DNA from: a virus
Reading direction: 5' to 3' (one strand)
Length of the DNA stretch: 64,000 bases
Virus record (IMG/VR): IMGVR_UViG_3300032309_002624
Location: 10,081 to 74,080 of that record
Numbering within the stretch: the stretch's first letter is position 1; each line of letters starts with the position of its first letter. The notes beneath the pieces are model-generated. The model had not been told where the DNA came from. It searched no databases and saw nothing but the letters and a program-made list of their open reading frames with translations. This document shows, piece by piece, positions 49,230 to 59,700 of the stretch. The position numbers and the translations under genes are program-made.

Positions 49230-52200
49230 ATGGCAACACAAGTAAATCAAAAGGTATATGTATCACCTGGAGTATACACATCTGAAACCGACTTATCATT
49301 TGTTGCTCAGAGTGTAGGTGTAACTACATTAGGATTGGTGGGGGAAACAATTAAAGGTCCCGCATTCGAACCTATATTTATAACCAACTACGATGAGTTT
49401 CAAGCATATTTTGGGGGAACGGAACCTACCAAATTTGTAAACACACAAATCCCTAAATATGAAGCGGCGTACATCGCCAAATCCTATCTACAACAATCCA
49501 ATCAACTTTTCGTTACGAGAATTTTGGGATTGTCAGGATATGATGCGGGTCCATCTTGGAGTATCAAGGTGATAGCAAACGTAGACCCAACAACAATTGG
49601 ATTGAACCCAACATCGGGAACTTCATGGACCGCTGTGTTTTCAGGTTCATCAACAGGTAACACGGTACAATTTATTGGAGGAGCGTTACCAACGTTTGTT
49701 CAATCAAACCTAAATACACAATATAGATTATCTGATGGAAGTACATCAACTTACCAATTAGATTTCAATACAAATTTAGATTCTGTCATGGATGACCCAT
49801 CATTATCGGCAACTACTTCAGTTGTATATGGTGCAATCCCTGAGAACGATTTTTACAATTTGACTAATGTTTACTCAAATGTAATAAATGAGTTTGGTTC
49901 AGACACAGTTAACTTAGCAACTAACGACTTGACTTCTGATTTGAATGACCCTTGGTATTATTCTAACTTTGATATTACCACAGGAAATAATTATTCTGGT
50001 TACTCATTCTACTATGCGGTGACTAACTTAACCTCTAACGGTGATAGCTTCACAGGTACTGTATCAGGTAACTCTTACATTTTCTCAGGAACAGCTTATT
50101 CAGATTATAATAACATGGTTGTTGCAACCTTACGTTCTAGAGGTATTTCTCTTTTTGCAAATAGTGCAGATAGTGACCAACATGGTCCAATATATGAAGT
50201 AAGTGGTACATCTGATGTTCAATTAGTTTGTACTGAACAATATTCAGGAGTAACACAATCACCATTCGAATCTTTCTTGATTTCAGGTGTAACTAAAGAC
50301 GGAGACAATTTCTCTTTTGAAACTTCAATGTCGGCTGCTTCATCAAAATATATCACTAAGGTATTAGGTGTTGATAACTTTGGAAAATCAAGAAATGAAG
50401 TTCCTTTGTTTGTTGAAGAAATTTATCCAGCTAGTTTAAATTATGCTTATAACCAAGGTTATATTCGTGGCTTAAATTGTAACTTGATTGCTTTAGAAGA
50501 TGCTAGAAGTGAAAATTCACAATCTATCGCTTATAAAGTAACACAATATAAATCACCAAGTACTCCTTTCTTGGTTTCTGAATTAAGAGGTAATAAAGTT
50601 TATAACCTATTCAAGTTTATTTCAATCTCTGACGGAGACGCAGCGAATACAGAAGTAAAAGTATCTATTTCGAATTTATCTTTCAATAACATGACATTTG
50701 ATGTGTTAGTTAGAAACTTCTTTGATACAGATGCAAACCCTGTTGTTATTGAAAAATTCACTAACTGTAATATGGACCCGTTATCAAACAACTTCGTTGC
50801 GAAGAAAATTGGTTCTAGTGATGGTGAATACGCATTAATTTCAAGATACATTATGGTTGAAATGGCTGATGAGGCTCCTATAGATGCAATCCCTTGTGGA
50901 TTCTACGGATACACTCAAAGAGAGTATGAATCAGTATTGAACCCATCACCTTATATTGTATACAAAACAAAATACTACTTCCCTGGTGAAGTAATTTATA
51001 ACCCACCATTCGGAGCTTCGGCAAACGCAACAGAGTCGGCTGGTGATATTGTAAGAAGAACTTATTTAGGATTTTCAAATCAATTTGGAATTGATGAGGC
51101 GTTTTTACAATATAAAGGAACACAAAACCCTGTTAATTGGGTGTCTTCAGCGGTACCTGTTGAAGGACAAGCTTGGAACTACTTAAGTAAAGGTTTCCAT
51201 ATGGACTCAGGTGCTACTGTAGTTACAATCTCTAACTCTTACTTAACAAGTGGAGAAACAGCGTTTGAGTGTGGAGTTGCTGATTTCACAAGAGACCCAG
51301 AAACTCAAGAAAACCCTTATTATTTTATTTACTCAAGAAAATATACAGTATGTTTCGCGGGCGGATTTGACGGTTGGGATATCTATAGAGAATTTAGAAC
51401 AAACCAAGATAGATTCCAATTAGGTTCTTCAGGTTATTTAGCGGGAGCTTCAGCTTCAACGAGATATCCGACAGCAACAGGAGACGGTTTATTCAAGAGA
51501 ATTGTTGTTCAAAACAATACACAAGATTTTGCTAACACTGACTACTACGCTTACTTACTTGGTATCTTAACTTTCGCTAATCCTGAATCTACTAACATCA
51601 ACGTATTTGCTACGTCAAGTATCGATTATGTTAATAACTCAAACTTAGTTGAAGAAGCTATCGACATGATACAGTTCTCAAGAGCGGATTCGGTTTACAT
51701 CGCAACAACTCCTGACTACCAAATGTTTACTCCTGATGCAACTAATCCTTTAGATATCATCTACCCACAAGAGGCGGTTGATAACTTAGATAACACAGGA
51801 ATTGATTCCAACTATACAGCAACTTACTATCCATGGATTTTAACAAGAGATACTGTAAACAATACACAAATCTACTTACCACCAACAGGTGAAGTTTGTA
51901 GAAACTTAGCGTTAACAGATAACATCGCATTCCCTTGGTTCGCATCAGCGGGTTACACAAGAGGTCTTGTAAACTCAATCAAAGCGAGAGTTAAGTTGAC
52001 TCAAGAAGATAGAGATACACTTTATCAAGGTAGAATTAACCCTATCGCAACTTTCTCAGATGTAGGAACTGTAATTTGGGGTAACAAAACGTTACAAGTT
52101 GCTGACACAGCACTTAACAGATTGAACGTAAGAAGATTATTACTTCAAGCTCGTAAGTTAATTTCAGCGGTAGCGGTAAGATTGTTGTTTGAACAAAACG

Positions 52201-52427
52201 ACCAAATCGTTAGACAACAATTCTTGGATAGTGTTAACCCTATCTTAGATTCAATTAGAAGAGACAGAGGTTTATACGATTTCCGTGTAACAGTTTCTTC
52301 AACACCTGAAGATTTAGATAGAAACACATTAACAGGTAAGATATACTTAAAACCAACGAAGGCATTAGAATTCATCGACATCGAATTCTTCATCACTCCA
52401 ACAGGAGCTTCCTTCGAAAATATCTAA
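49230..52427 (+). CDS. Contractile tail sheath protein
   Basis: SPGVYTSETDLS, GETIKGP, YYPW, WFASAGYTRG, RINPI, WGNKT, NVRRL, EFIDIEF. Confidence 0.95.
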   Translation: MATQVNQKVYVSPGVYTSETDLSFVAQSVGVTTLGLVGETIKGPAFEPIFITNYDEFQAYFGGTEPTKFVNTQIPKYEAAYIAKSYLQQSNQLFVTRILGLSGYDAGPSWSIKVIANVDPTTIGLNPTSGTSWTAVFSGSSTGNTVQFIGGALPTFVQSNLNTQYRLSDGSTSTYQLDFNTNLDSVMDDPSLSATTSVVYGAIPENDFYNLTNVYSNVINEFGSDTVNLATNDLTSDLNDPWYYSNFDITTGNNYSGYSFYYAVTNLTSNGDSFTGTVSGNSYIFSGTAYSDYNNMVVATLRSRGISLFANSADSDQHGPIYEVSGTSDVQLVCTEQYSGVTQSPFESFLISGVTKDGDNFSFETSMSAASSKYITKVLGVDNFGKSRNEVPLFVEEIYPASLNYAYNQGYIRGLNCNLIALEDARSENSQSIAYKVTQYKSPSTPFLVSELRGNKVYNLFKFISISDGDAANTEVKVSISNLSFNNMTFDVLVRNFFDTDANPVVIEKFTNCNMDPLSNNFVAKKIGSSDGEYALISRYIMVEMADEAPIDAIPCGFYGYTQREYESVLNPSPYIVYKTKYYFPGEVIYNPPFGASANATESAGDIVRRTYLGFSNQFGIDEAFLQYKGTQNPVNWVSSAVPVEGQAWNYLSKGFHMDSGATVVTISNSYLTSGETAFECGVADFTRDPETQENPYYFIYSRKYTVCFAGGFDGWDIYREFRTNQDRFQLGSSGYLAGASASTRYPTATGDGLFKRIVVQNNTQDFANTDYYAYLLGILTFANPESTNINVFATSSIDYVNNSNLVEEAIDMIQFSRADSVYIATTPDYQMFTPDATNPLDIIYPQEAVDNLDNTGIDSNYTATYYPWILTRDTVNNTQIYLPPTGEVCRNLALTDNIAFPWFASAGYTRGLVNSIKARVKLTQEDRDTLYQGRINPIATFSDVGTVIWGNKTLQVADTALNRLNVRRLLLQARKLISAVAVRLLFEQNDQIVRQQFLDSVNPILDSIRRDRGLYDFRVTVSSTPEDLDRNTLTGKIYLKPTKALEFIDIEFFITPTGASFENI

Positions 52428-52435
52428 TAATTAAC

Positions 52436-52460
52436 AGGGGGGATTAATTCCCCCCTTTTG
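52436..52460 (+). terminator. Rho-independent terminator after the sheath gene
   Basis: agggggga-ttaat-tcccccct followed by ttt. Confidence 0.75.
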
Positions 52461-52464
52461 CCAA

Positions 52465-53295
52465 ATGAGAAAAGAATTTACAGAAGGATTCAAAGGTGAA
52501 GGAACCCCAGATTTAAAATATTATGCATTCGATTGGGATGATAATATTGTTCATATGCCGACAAAAATTATTGTTAAGGATGAGGACGGTGAAGAAGTTG
52601 GGATGTCCACAGATGATTTTGCGGAACATAGACATCAGATTGGTAAAGAACCGTTTGATTATAAAGGAAGTTCAATTGTTGGATATGCTGAAAATCCATT
52701 CAGGAATTTCAGAACGGAAGGAGATAAAGATTTCTTAATCGATGCAATGAGAGCAAAAGTTGGTCCGGCGTTTGATGACTTTAGAGAATCAATTAACAAC
52801 GGTTCGATTTTTTCAATAATCACAGCGAGGGGTCACAATCCAAACACAATAAAAGAGGCGATATACAACTATATTATAAAAGGGTTCAATGGAATAGACA
52901 AAGAACAACTGATTAAAAATCTGAAAAAATATAGGTCGTTTGTTGGTGAAGATGAAATGAGTGACGAAGAACTTATCAAATCATATTTAGAACTGAATAA
53001 ATACCACCCCGTTTCTTTCGGGGACGATAAAGGGGCAAGTAATCCCGAAGAAGCCAAGGTCCGTGCAATGGAGGATTTTGTGAGTTATATTAAAGGGATG
53101 GCTGCAGTACTAAATAAAAGAGCTTACTTAAAAAATGATATAGGTAATAATTTCATTCCAGCAAAACCATCAATAGGTTTTAGTGACGATGACCCTAAAA
53201 ACATAGAAGTAATGCAAAAACACTTTAAAAATAAACCAGATAATATTGTAAAAACTTATTCTACTGCTGGAGGCACTAAAAAGGAAGTAAAATAA
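52465..53295 (+). CDS. HAD-superfamily phosphatase-like protein
   Basis: FDWDDN (motif I), ITARG (motif II), K, GFSDDD (motif IV). Confidence 0.7.
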   Translation: MRKEFTEGFKGEGTPDLKYYAFDWDDNIVHMPTKIIVKDEDGEEVGMSTDDFAEHRHQIGKEPFDYKGSSIVGYAENPFRNFRTEGDKDFLIDAMRAKVGPAFDDFRESINNGSIFSIITARGHNPNTIKEAIYNYIIKGFNGIDKEQLIKNLKKYRSFVGEDEMSDEELIKSYLELNKYHPVSFGDDKGASNPEEAKVRAMEDFVSYIKGMAAVLNKRAYLKNDIGNNFIPAKPSIGFSDDDPKNIEVMQKHFKNKPDNIVKTYSTAGGTKKEVK

Positions 53296-53385
53296 GAATA
53301 CCGTTTTTAAAAAAATAAGTAAATAGAAATATTTTTGAAACGGATATATTTATCGTTATAAACATAGAAACAAAATTTAAATAAT

Positions 53386-53874
53386 ATGGCTGATTTACTG
53401 ATGAAAATGCCGATTCCTTACGAACCGAAACGTCAAAACCGTTTTATCCTAAGGTTTCCATCAAGTTTAGGTATTAATGAGTGGTTCGTAGAATCTACGG
53501 CAAGACCACACATAACAATTACCCCAACAGAAATACCATTCTTGAACACTTCAACATTCGTTGCAGGTAGATTCAACTGGCAAACAATTAACGTAACGTT
53601 CAGAGACCCAATTGGACCTTCTGCCGCACAGGCTCTTATGGAGTGGGTGCGTTTACACGCTGAATCAGTGACAGGTCGTATGGGATATGCTGCGGGTTAC
53701 AAAAAAGATGTGGACCTCGAGATGTTGGACCCAACAGGTGTTGTTGTTGAAAAGTGGATTATGTATGGTACATTCTTAACAGATGTTAACTTTAACCAAT
53801 TGGCGTACAACCAAGACGCATTGGCAACAATTGCAGCGACTTTGAGAATGGATAGATGTGTGTTAGTGTACTAA
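53386..53874 (+). CDS. Tail tube protein (T4 gp19-like)
   Basis: EPKRQNRF, GRFNWQTINVTFRD, YKKD..L..LDP.G.VVEKW. Confidence 0.9.
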   Translation: MADLLMKMPIPYEPKRQNRFILRFPSSLGINEWFVESTARPHITITPTEIPFLNTSTFVAGRFNWQTINVTFRDPIGPSAAQALMEWVRLHAESVTGRMGYAAGYKKDVDLEMLDPTGVVVEKWIMYGTFLTDVNFNQLAYNQDALATIAATLRMDRCVLVY

Positions 53875-53906
53875 TACTATTTATAAAAAATTAATTACAA
53901 TTATAT

Positions 53907-53944
53907 TTAACCGTAAAGCACATAAACTTTACGGTTAATTTTTT
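53907..53944 (+). terminator. Hairpin/terminator between the tube and chaperone genes
   Basis: Perfect 12-bp stem ttaaccgtaaag/ctttacggttaa followed by T6, ending 2 nt before the next ATG. Confidence 0.65.
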
Positions 53945-53946
53945 AT

Positions 53947-54690
53947 ATGGATAATCAAGCAAGAGAACACGGTCAAGCAAACTTTTCGTTACCACACGAT
54001 GTTGTACCATTACCTACGCAAGGTGTGTTCTACAAAAACAAAAAGAAATCTATTAAGGTAGGTTATCTTACAGCGAATGACGAGAATATATTAATGGCTG
54101 GTGGTACAGACATGACACAAACATTATTAAGAGCTAAAATCTACGAACCTGATATTCGTATCGAAGATTTGATGGAAGGTGATATCGAAGCGATATTAAT
54201 TTTCCTTAGAAACACAGCGTTCGGTCCAGAAATGGAATTGAATTTAGTAGACCCCGTAACGAAAAAACCTTTCAAAGGAACGGTTAGAATGGATGAGTTG
54301 GAAATTAATAAAGGACAACAACCTTCAGATGATGGTACGTTTGTAACGACTTTACCAAAATCCCAAACAACCGTGAAATTGAAACCAATGACCTACGGAG
54401 AAATTATGGAAATCCAAAGGTTGTCTGATTCTTATCCACAAGGTAGAACAGTTCCAAAGGTTACTTGGAGATTAAATAAACAAATCATCGAAATTAATGG
54501 GGTTACTGATAAGGCTGAAATTGCAAAGTTCATTGAACAAATGCCAATTGCGGATTCTAAATTTATCAGACAATTTATGGATGATAACGAACCTAGATTA
54601 GATTTGAGTAGAACAATATTAGCCCCGTCAGGAGAAAAGCTTACTGTAAATGTTGGCTTCGGGGTTGACTTTTTTCGCCCTTTCTTCTGA
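53947..54690 (+). CDS. Tail assembly chaperone/baseplate hub assembly protein (T4 gp26-like)
   Basis: LPTQGVFY, LTANDENIL, D..AILIFLR..AFG, terminal FFRP; lies between tube and tape measure. Confidence 0.75.
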   Translation: MDNQAREHGQANFSLPHDVVPLPTQGVFYKNKKKSIKVGYLTANDENILMAGGTDMTQTLLRAKIYEPDIRIEDLMEGDIEAILIFLRNTAFGPEMELNLVDPVTKKPFKGTVRMDELEINKGQQPSDDGTFVTTLPKSQTTVKLKPMTYGEIMEIQRLSDSYPQGRTVPKVTWRLNKQIIEINGVTDKAEIAKFIEQMPIADSKFIRQFMDDNEPRLDLSRTILAPSGEKLTVNVGFGVDFFRPFF

Positions 54691-54829
54691 GTATAGGAAA
54701 GGACAAATAGATGAATTCTACTATTTGAATAAATTATTGAACATTTCTTATCAAGATTTTTTAATAATGCCGTTGTTCGTAAGAAAGTATCTTTTGGATA
54801 AATGGATTGAAGATAATAAAAAGGACTGA
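54650..54829 (+). CDS. Small overlapping +1-frame ORF (gp51-like/'GT'-type tail chaperone extension)
   Basis: Manual translation: (MLASGLT)FFALSSEYRKGQIDEFYYLNKLLNISYQDFLIMPLFVRKYLLDKWIEDNKKD. Confidence 0.65.
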   Translation: MLASGLTFFALSSEYRKGQIDEFYYLNKLLNISYQDFLIMPLFVRKYLLDKWIEDNKKD

Positions 54830-54844
54830 AAAATCAGTCCTTTT
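54819..54844 (+). terminator. Rho-independent terminator
   Basis: aaaaggactga-aaaa-tcagtcctttt inverted repeat. Confidence 0.75.
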
Positions 54845-54873
54845 GTATTTATATAATATATAGTAAATAAAAT

Positions 54874-56730
54874 ATGGCGGACGGACAAAAATCAAGTACG
54901 GAACAATTAGGTGAAGACATTGGTAAACAACTGAAAGTTGATGCCAAAGACCTATTGGCATCATCCGATGCATTGGCTGAGTATTCCAAACAGGTCAATA
55001 ACTTTTTTACTCAAGGTAGACAACGTATCACCGAACTATCAACAGCAATTGCTGATGCGGTACCTGACGTTAGAAGATTAGGTGGTGATATTGGAGATGT
55101 GGCGGATATCATGAGTAGGGTGGCTTCCGAGTCCAGAAGGAATGTTATTGCCAATACTGAAGATGTTGAAAAGTTATTTGCAGCGCAAAAAGTTTTAAAT
55201 TTAGGTGCAGATACACTTACAAAGGCGTTTTTAGATGTTGGCGCGGGAATTGAGACAATAGGTGAAACCTTAGAAGAATCCGTTCAGTACATACAAAGTA
55301 TTGGGGGAAACGCCAAAGATGTTATGAGTACTGTTACTAATAACATGGAGCAAATGAACCGATACCAGTTTGAGGGAGGAGTATTAGGTTTGACAAAAAT
55401 GGCGGCCCAAGCGTCAATGTTAAGATTTGACATGAGTCAAACTTTCCAATTGGCTGACAAGGTTTTAAGTCCCGAGAATGCAATTGAAACCGCAGCGGCT
55501 TTCCAAAGATTGGGAGTAGCATCAGGAGCGTTGGCTGACCCGTTTGCATTAATGAATGCGTCAATCAATGACCCAGGAGCCTTACAAGATAGTTTAGTCG
55601 ATGTAGCCAAACAGTTTACATATTTCGACGAGAAAACTAAAACATTCAAAATAAACCCTCAAGGTGTTCTAACTCTTAAGGAGATGGAACAACAAACAGG
55701 TGTTTCTGCTAAAGAAATGTCTAAACTTGGATTAGCAGCTGCAGAAGCTGACATGAGAATTTCTGCAATAGGTTCTGCTGGTCTTAATATTAAAGAAGAC
55801 GACAAACAATATCTTGCAAATATTGCAAAGATGGGTGAGGGAGGTGAGTATGAGGTTAAATTGAGAGATGAGTCTGGTATAGAACAAACCAGAAAGTTAA
55901 GTGAGATTACTCAAGATGAATTTGACAAGTTAATCAAAGAACAAAGAGAAGGTCCAAAAACTATGGAGGACCTTGCAAGGGCTCAGATGAATACCTCTGA
56001 TATTATTAAAAGTGATGTTGCAGCTATTAGAGCAAAAATTGTTGGTGGTGCGGTCAGTGCTGGTCAGGTTTTAGAAACAAGAGAAGGTATACGTAGAGGT
56101 GCAACAACACTAAGTGGTGGTTTATCAAAAATGGGTACTGCGAAAGATGTGAGACAAGAATCTGAAAAAGCCTTGGGTGATTTGGGTAATTTAATTGCGG
56201 ACTTACAAAACGACAAAATGTCAACTTCAGACGCGTTAGGAAAATATTTGGAGAAAGCGGGAGCTCAATTGGGAAGTATTGAAGATAAATTTAAACAATC
56301 TCTCACCAAAACCGCTGAAGATATTAGAAACAATACTACTGATAAGACCGCAATTGAAAGATTGATGAAACAAGGTTATGATTATATGCTTGGTAAAATC
56401 GAACCAAACGCAACGGCTCAACAAGCTAAGGGTAATGCACCTGTATCTTCACTTATCGAAGGTAGTAGGGCCCAACAAATCCGAGATGAGGTTAGGTCAA
56501 TATCTTCGGGACAAGGAGGTAATCAAAAATCACAAGTAGAGATGATGGGAGGGATAAAGATAGATTTTAATTTCAACGGGGCTTCGGCAGATTTAACACC
56601 TGCACAAAAAGAACAAGTTATTAAAACATTTACAGACCAAATGAATACACTTGGTATGAAACAGTTTATGATTGGTACAACAAGTCAGCAAAATCCTACA
56701 AAAAGTGATTCTCAATATAATTACTCATAA
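54874..56730 (+). CDS. Tape measure protein
   Basis: 618-aa helical A/Q/K/E-rich protein directly after the chaperone locus. Confidence 0.7.
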   Translation: MADGQKSSTEQLGEDIGKQLKVDAKDLLASSDALAEYSKQVNNFFTQGRQRITELSTAIADAVPDVRRLGGDIGDVADIMSRVASESRRNVIANTEDVEKLFAAQKVLNLGADTLTKAFLDVGAGIETIGETLEESVQYIQSIGGNAKDVMSTVTNNMEQMNRYQFEGGVLGLTKMAAQASMLRFDMSQTFQLADKVLSPENAIETAAAFQRLGVASGALADPFALMNASINDPGALQDSLVDVAKQFTYFDEKTKTFKINPQGVLTLKEMEQQTGVSAKEMSKLGLAAAEADMRISAIGSAGLNIKEDDKQYLANIAKMGEGGEYEVKLRDESGIEQTRKLSEITQDEFDKLIKEQREGPKTMEDLARAQMNTSDIIKSDVAAIRAKIVGGAVSAGQVLETREGIRRGATTLSGGLSKMGTAKDVRQESEKALGDLGNLIADLQNDKMSTSDALGKYLEKAGAQLGSIEDKFKQSLTKTAEDIRNNTTDKTAIERLMKQGYDYMLGKIEPNATAQQAKGNAPVSSLIEGSRAQQIRDEVRSISSGQGGNQKSQVEMMGGIKIDFNFNGASADLTPAQKEQVIKTFTDQMNTLGMKQFMIGTTSQQNPTKSDSQYNYS

Positions 56731-56773
56731 GCATAAAAAATAGTATAAGACCTATTTATTAGGAAAGATATAA

Positions 56774-59700
56774 ATGGGAAGTCCGTTAGATTTTGTAAAT
56801 TCAGAAGGTTTCAGAAAGAAACTTATAGTAAGGAACTTGACACCGTATGCCAAAGCTCCGAATAGACCTACGCCTCCATTTAATACAGAATATGTTCAGT
56901 CAGACACATCTGTTCAAGATAGTCCTGACCAACTTATTGATGAGCCATCATTTGCAAACCAACTTTATCCTTTAAATCAATATGGTAATGAAGGGGGTTA
57001 TGAACAAGTTCCTGACCCAAGTGCGTTATTAAATACTAAATCTAATGAAGGTGAGTATGGATATCAAGATGCAAATATTGTTGACCAAGCTTTACCTGAG
57101 TCACAAAAATGGAAACCTTTAAATGTTTTTTCAAATGGTAATCAGTTACCATTAGATAGTGCTCCTTTTTTTGATTCTCTTAATAGACCACAAACAACCA
57201 ACACATCAAATAACCAACCCTACCCAACAACCTTTGTTGCGTCTAGTTATGCTCCTGTTTCAATATTGTTATCACCAGACCCTGGTGGTAGTAATGGTTT
57301 GTTGAGTCAAGATTCATTTATAGCTCGATTAGGTGCTCAAACTCTAAGAAAAGAATTTGAAGATAGAATAGCGGCACAAATAAGACAAGATACCTTAGGT
57401 AGGGCAAACATTCTCAACGTAACCAGTGGTACTGATGTTGTAAACATATTAAGTGGGGTTGTTCCAATTTTAGAACCAAACTTCACTATTACAGTAACCG
57501 CGAACCCAATATTAGCCGCAGCTAACTTCGCACTCAGATTGGGTGGTAGTATATTACCTGTATCACCAATCCCTGGTTCTTACTTTGACCCCAACGTTAA
57601 TCCGGGTCAACCTACCACTATTCAACAAATGTCCAACGCGTTCAGAAGAAGTGGAGTTGGAAAATTCTTTAACAGATTAATGGGGGGTGGAGACACTGGT
57701 TCTCAAATCATGTTTAATAACATGGGTGCAGGTCAGAGGTCAAGGTTATTCAAGAACATTGATTTCAACAAATACAAACCGAATTTCCCGAGAACGTTCA
57801 TTGACAGAGCCGCGGGTGCGTTAACTGGAACACAATCAGACAATAGTAATTTCTACATAGGAAATATTACATCTGACCCTTCGAAAATATTTTCACCTGT
57901 TGGAGAAGTACCTGTAAACCAATATGGTATTGAACAACAATCACCAGTTTACGGTCCATCAGAACTTGCTCAATTATACGAAGGACCAAGTCAATCTATT
58001 AGATTAGGTGCAAATGGTCCTACATATAGTAACGGTGGGGGGATTGAAGGTGGATTCACTTGGGTTTCACCTAAGTACAAAGGGAATGCGGGTAAAAAAG
58101 TTGGATTCGGTGGTGAAGTTACAAACGAAGACGAGGACTTCAAACCATCATCATACAACACAACAGAATCAACTGAAAGAGTTTTCAGAGAGGGTTCTAT
58201 TTTAGATGATACACAAAGAATCATTGATAGCCAACCTCAAGGAGGAAAGAGATTACAACACGTAGGTAACGCAATTGACCAAGTTAGTAAAGTATTCCAC
58301 GATGGATATAATGAATTAACTAAGGGTTCAAGAGTTTATAGATACGTTGGTGCTATTGGACAAGAGGTTGGTACTGAGTATTGTCGTGTATTTGCTAAGG
58401 ATATACCTTATTTACAATACAATGACCTTCAGAAAACTGATGGTATTACAACTGAGGGTAGAAGATTTGCTTACTCGGTTTTAGATAAAACATATAACCT
58501 TAACATTGTACCTAACAAACAAGAAGGGGGACAAGATTCAAGTAACATTGTTGGAACAATCAACAACGCTGTTGCAAAGAAATATATGTTCTCACTTGAA
58601 AACCTTGCTTGGAGAACGTCAAGCACTCCTGGTTTCTCAACGTCAGATTTACCTGTATGTGAGAGAGGACCAAATGGTGGTAGAGTTATGTGGTTCCCTC
58701 CTTATGGTTTAACGTTTAGCGAGACCGTTACAGCAAACTGGAATACGAATGAATTCTTGGGTAGACCTGAACCGATATATACGTACAAAAGTACTAACAG
58801 AGGAGGTTCTTTAACTTGGAAGATAGTTGTCGACCATCCATCTGTTTTGAATGTTATTGTAAACAAAGTTTTGGCTAACGAAACAAATAGAGTACGTATA
58901 GATAGTATTTTAGAATCATTCTTTGCTGGATGTAGAAAATACGACATATATGAACTTGCAAAAAAATACCAAACTGTAAACCCTAACGATTTGTTCCAAT
59001 TGCAACAAGCGATTACATCTAAAGAGATGACAAGGGAACAGATTGAATATACAAGAAAAACAATTGAAAGTGGTGTAAACTCACCAAACGGTGCGGACCA
59101 ACCAGTCTCACAGTCAACTATTAATAGTGAGGTAGATGCTTTAATACAAAAGTATGTTAATTTGGGATTGTATTTTGGAAACGATTATCCAAAACAAGGA
59201 GGAAATGTAAATTATGTTACTGAATATAATAGATATACTTCAACATCAAATAGACAATATTATAATTCAAAACCAAATGCTAGTGAAACAAGTAACTTTT
59301 TCGATACGGTTGTAACACCTAACTATAAAGTTGCGGAACAGTTTTGTTTAGATTTATCAAAAATATTTGAAACAAATGCTGAGGGTACTATTACCTTGAA
59401 TGTTGATTCTAGTTGTTCCGCACCCGCAACCATTGCGTATAACGTAGAACTTTCAAGAAGAAGAATTCAATCTATGGTTGAGTTTTTCTTGAACAACGAA
59501 CAACTAAAAAAATATGCTGGTACAAGATTACTTGTTAAGGGAGGCAATCCAGCTGGTGAACAAACCACAGTATCTCAAGTAAAAAAGGGAACAGCGGGAC
59601 AAACGGTGTTCAATGCTGATAGTTTAACCAACTTAGGTAAAACATTCAACTGTACTGATAAAGATGTCCAAGCCGCTGGAGGAGATACACAATCAGGTTC

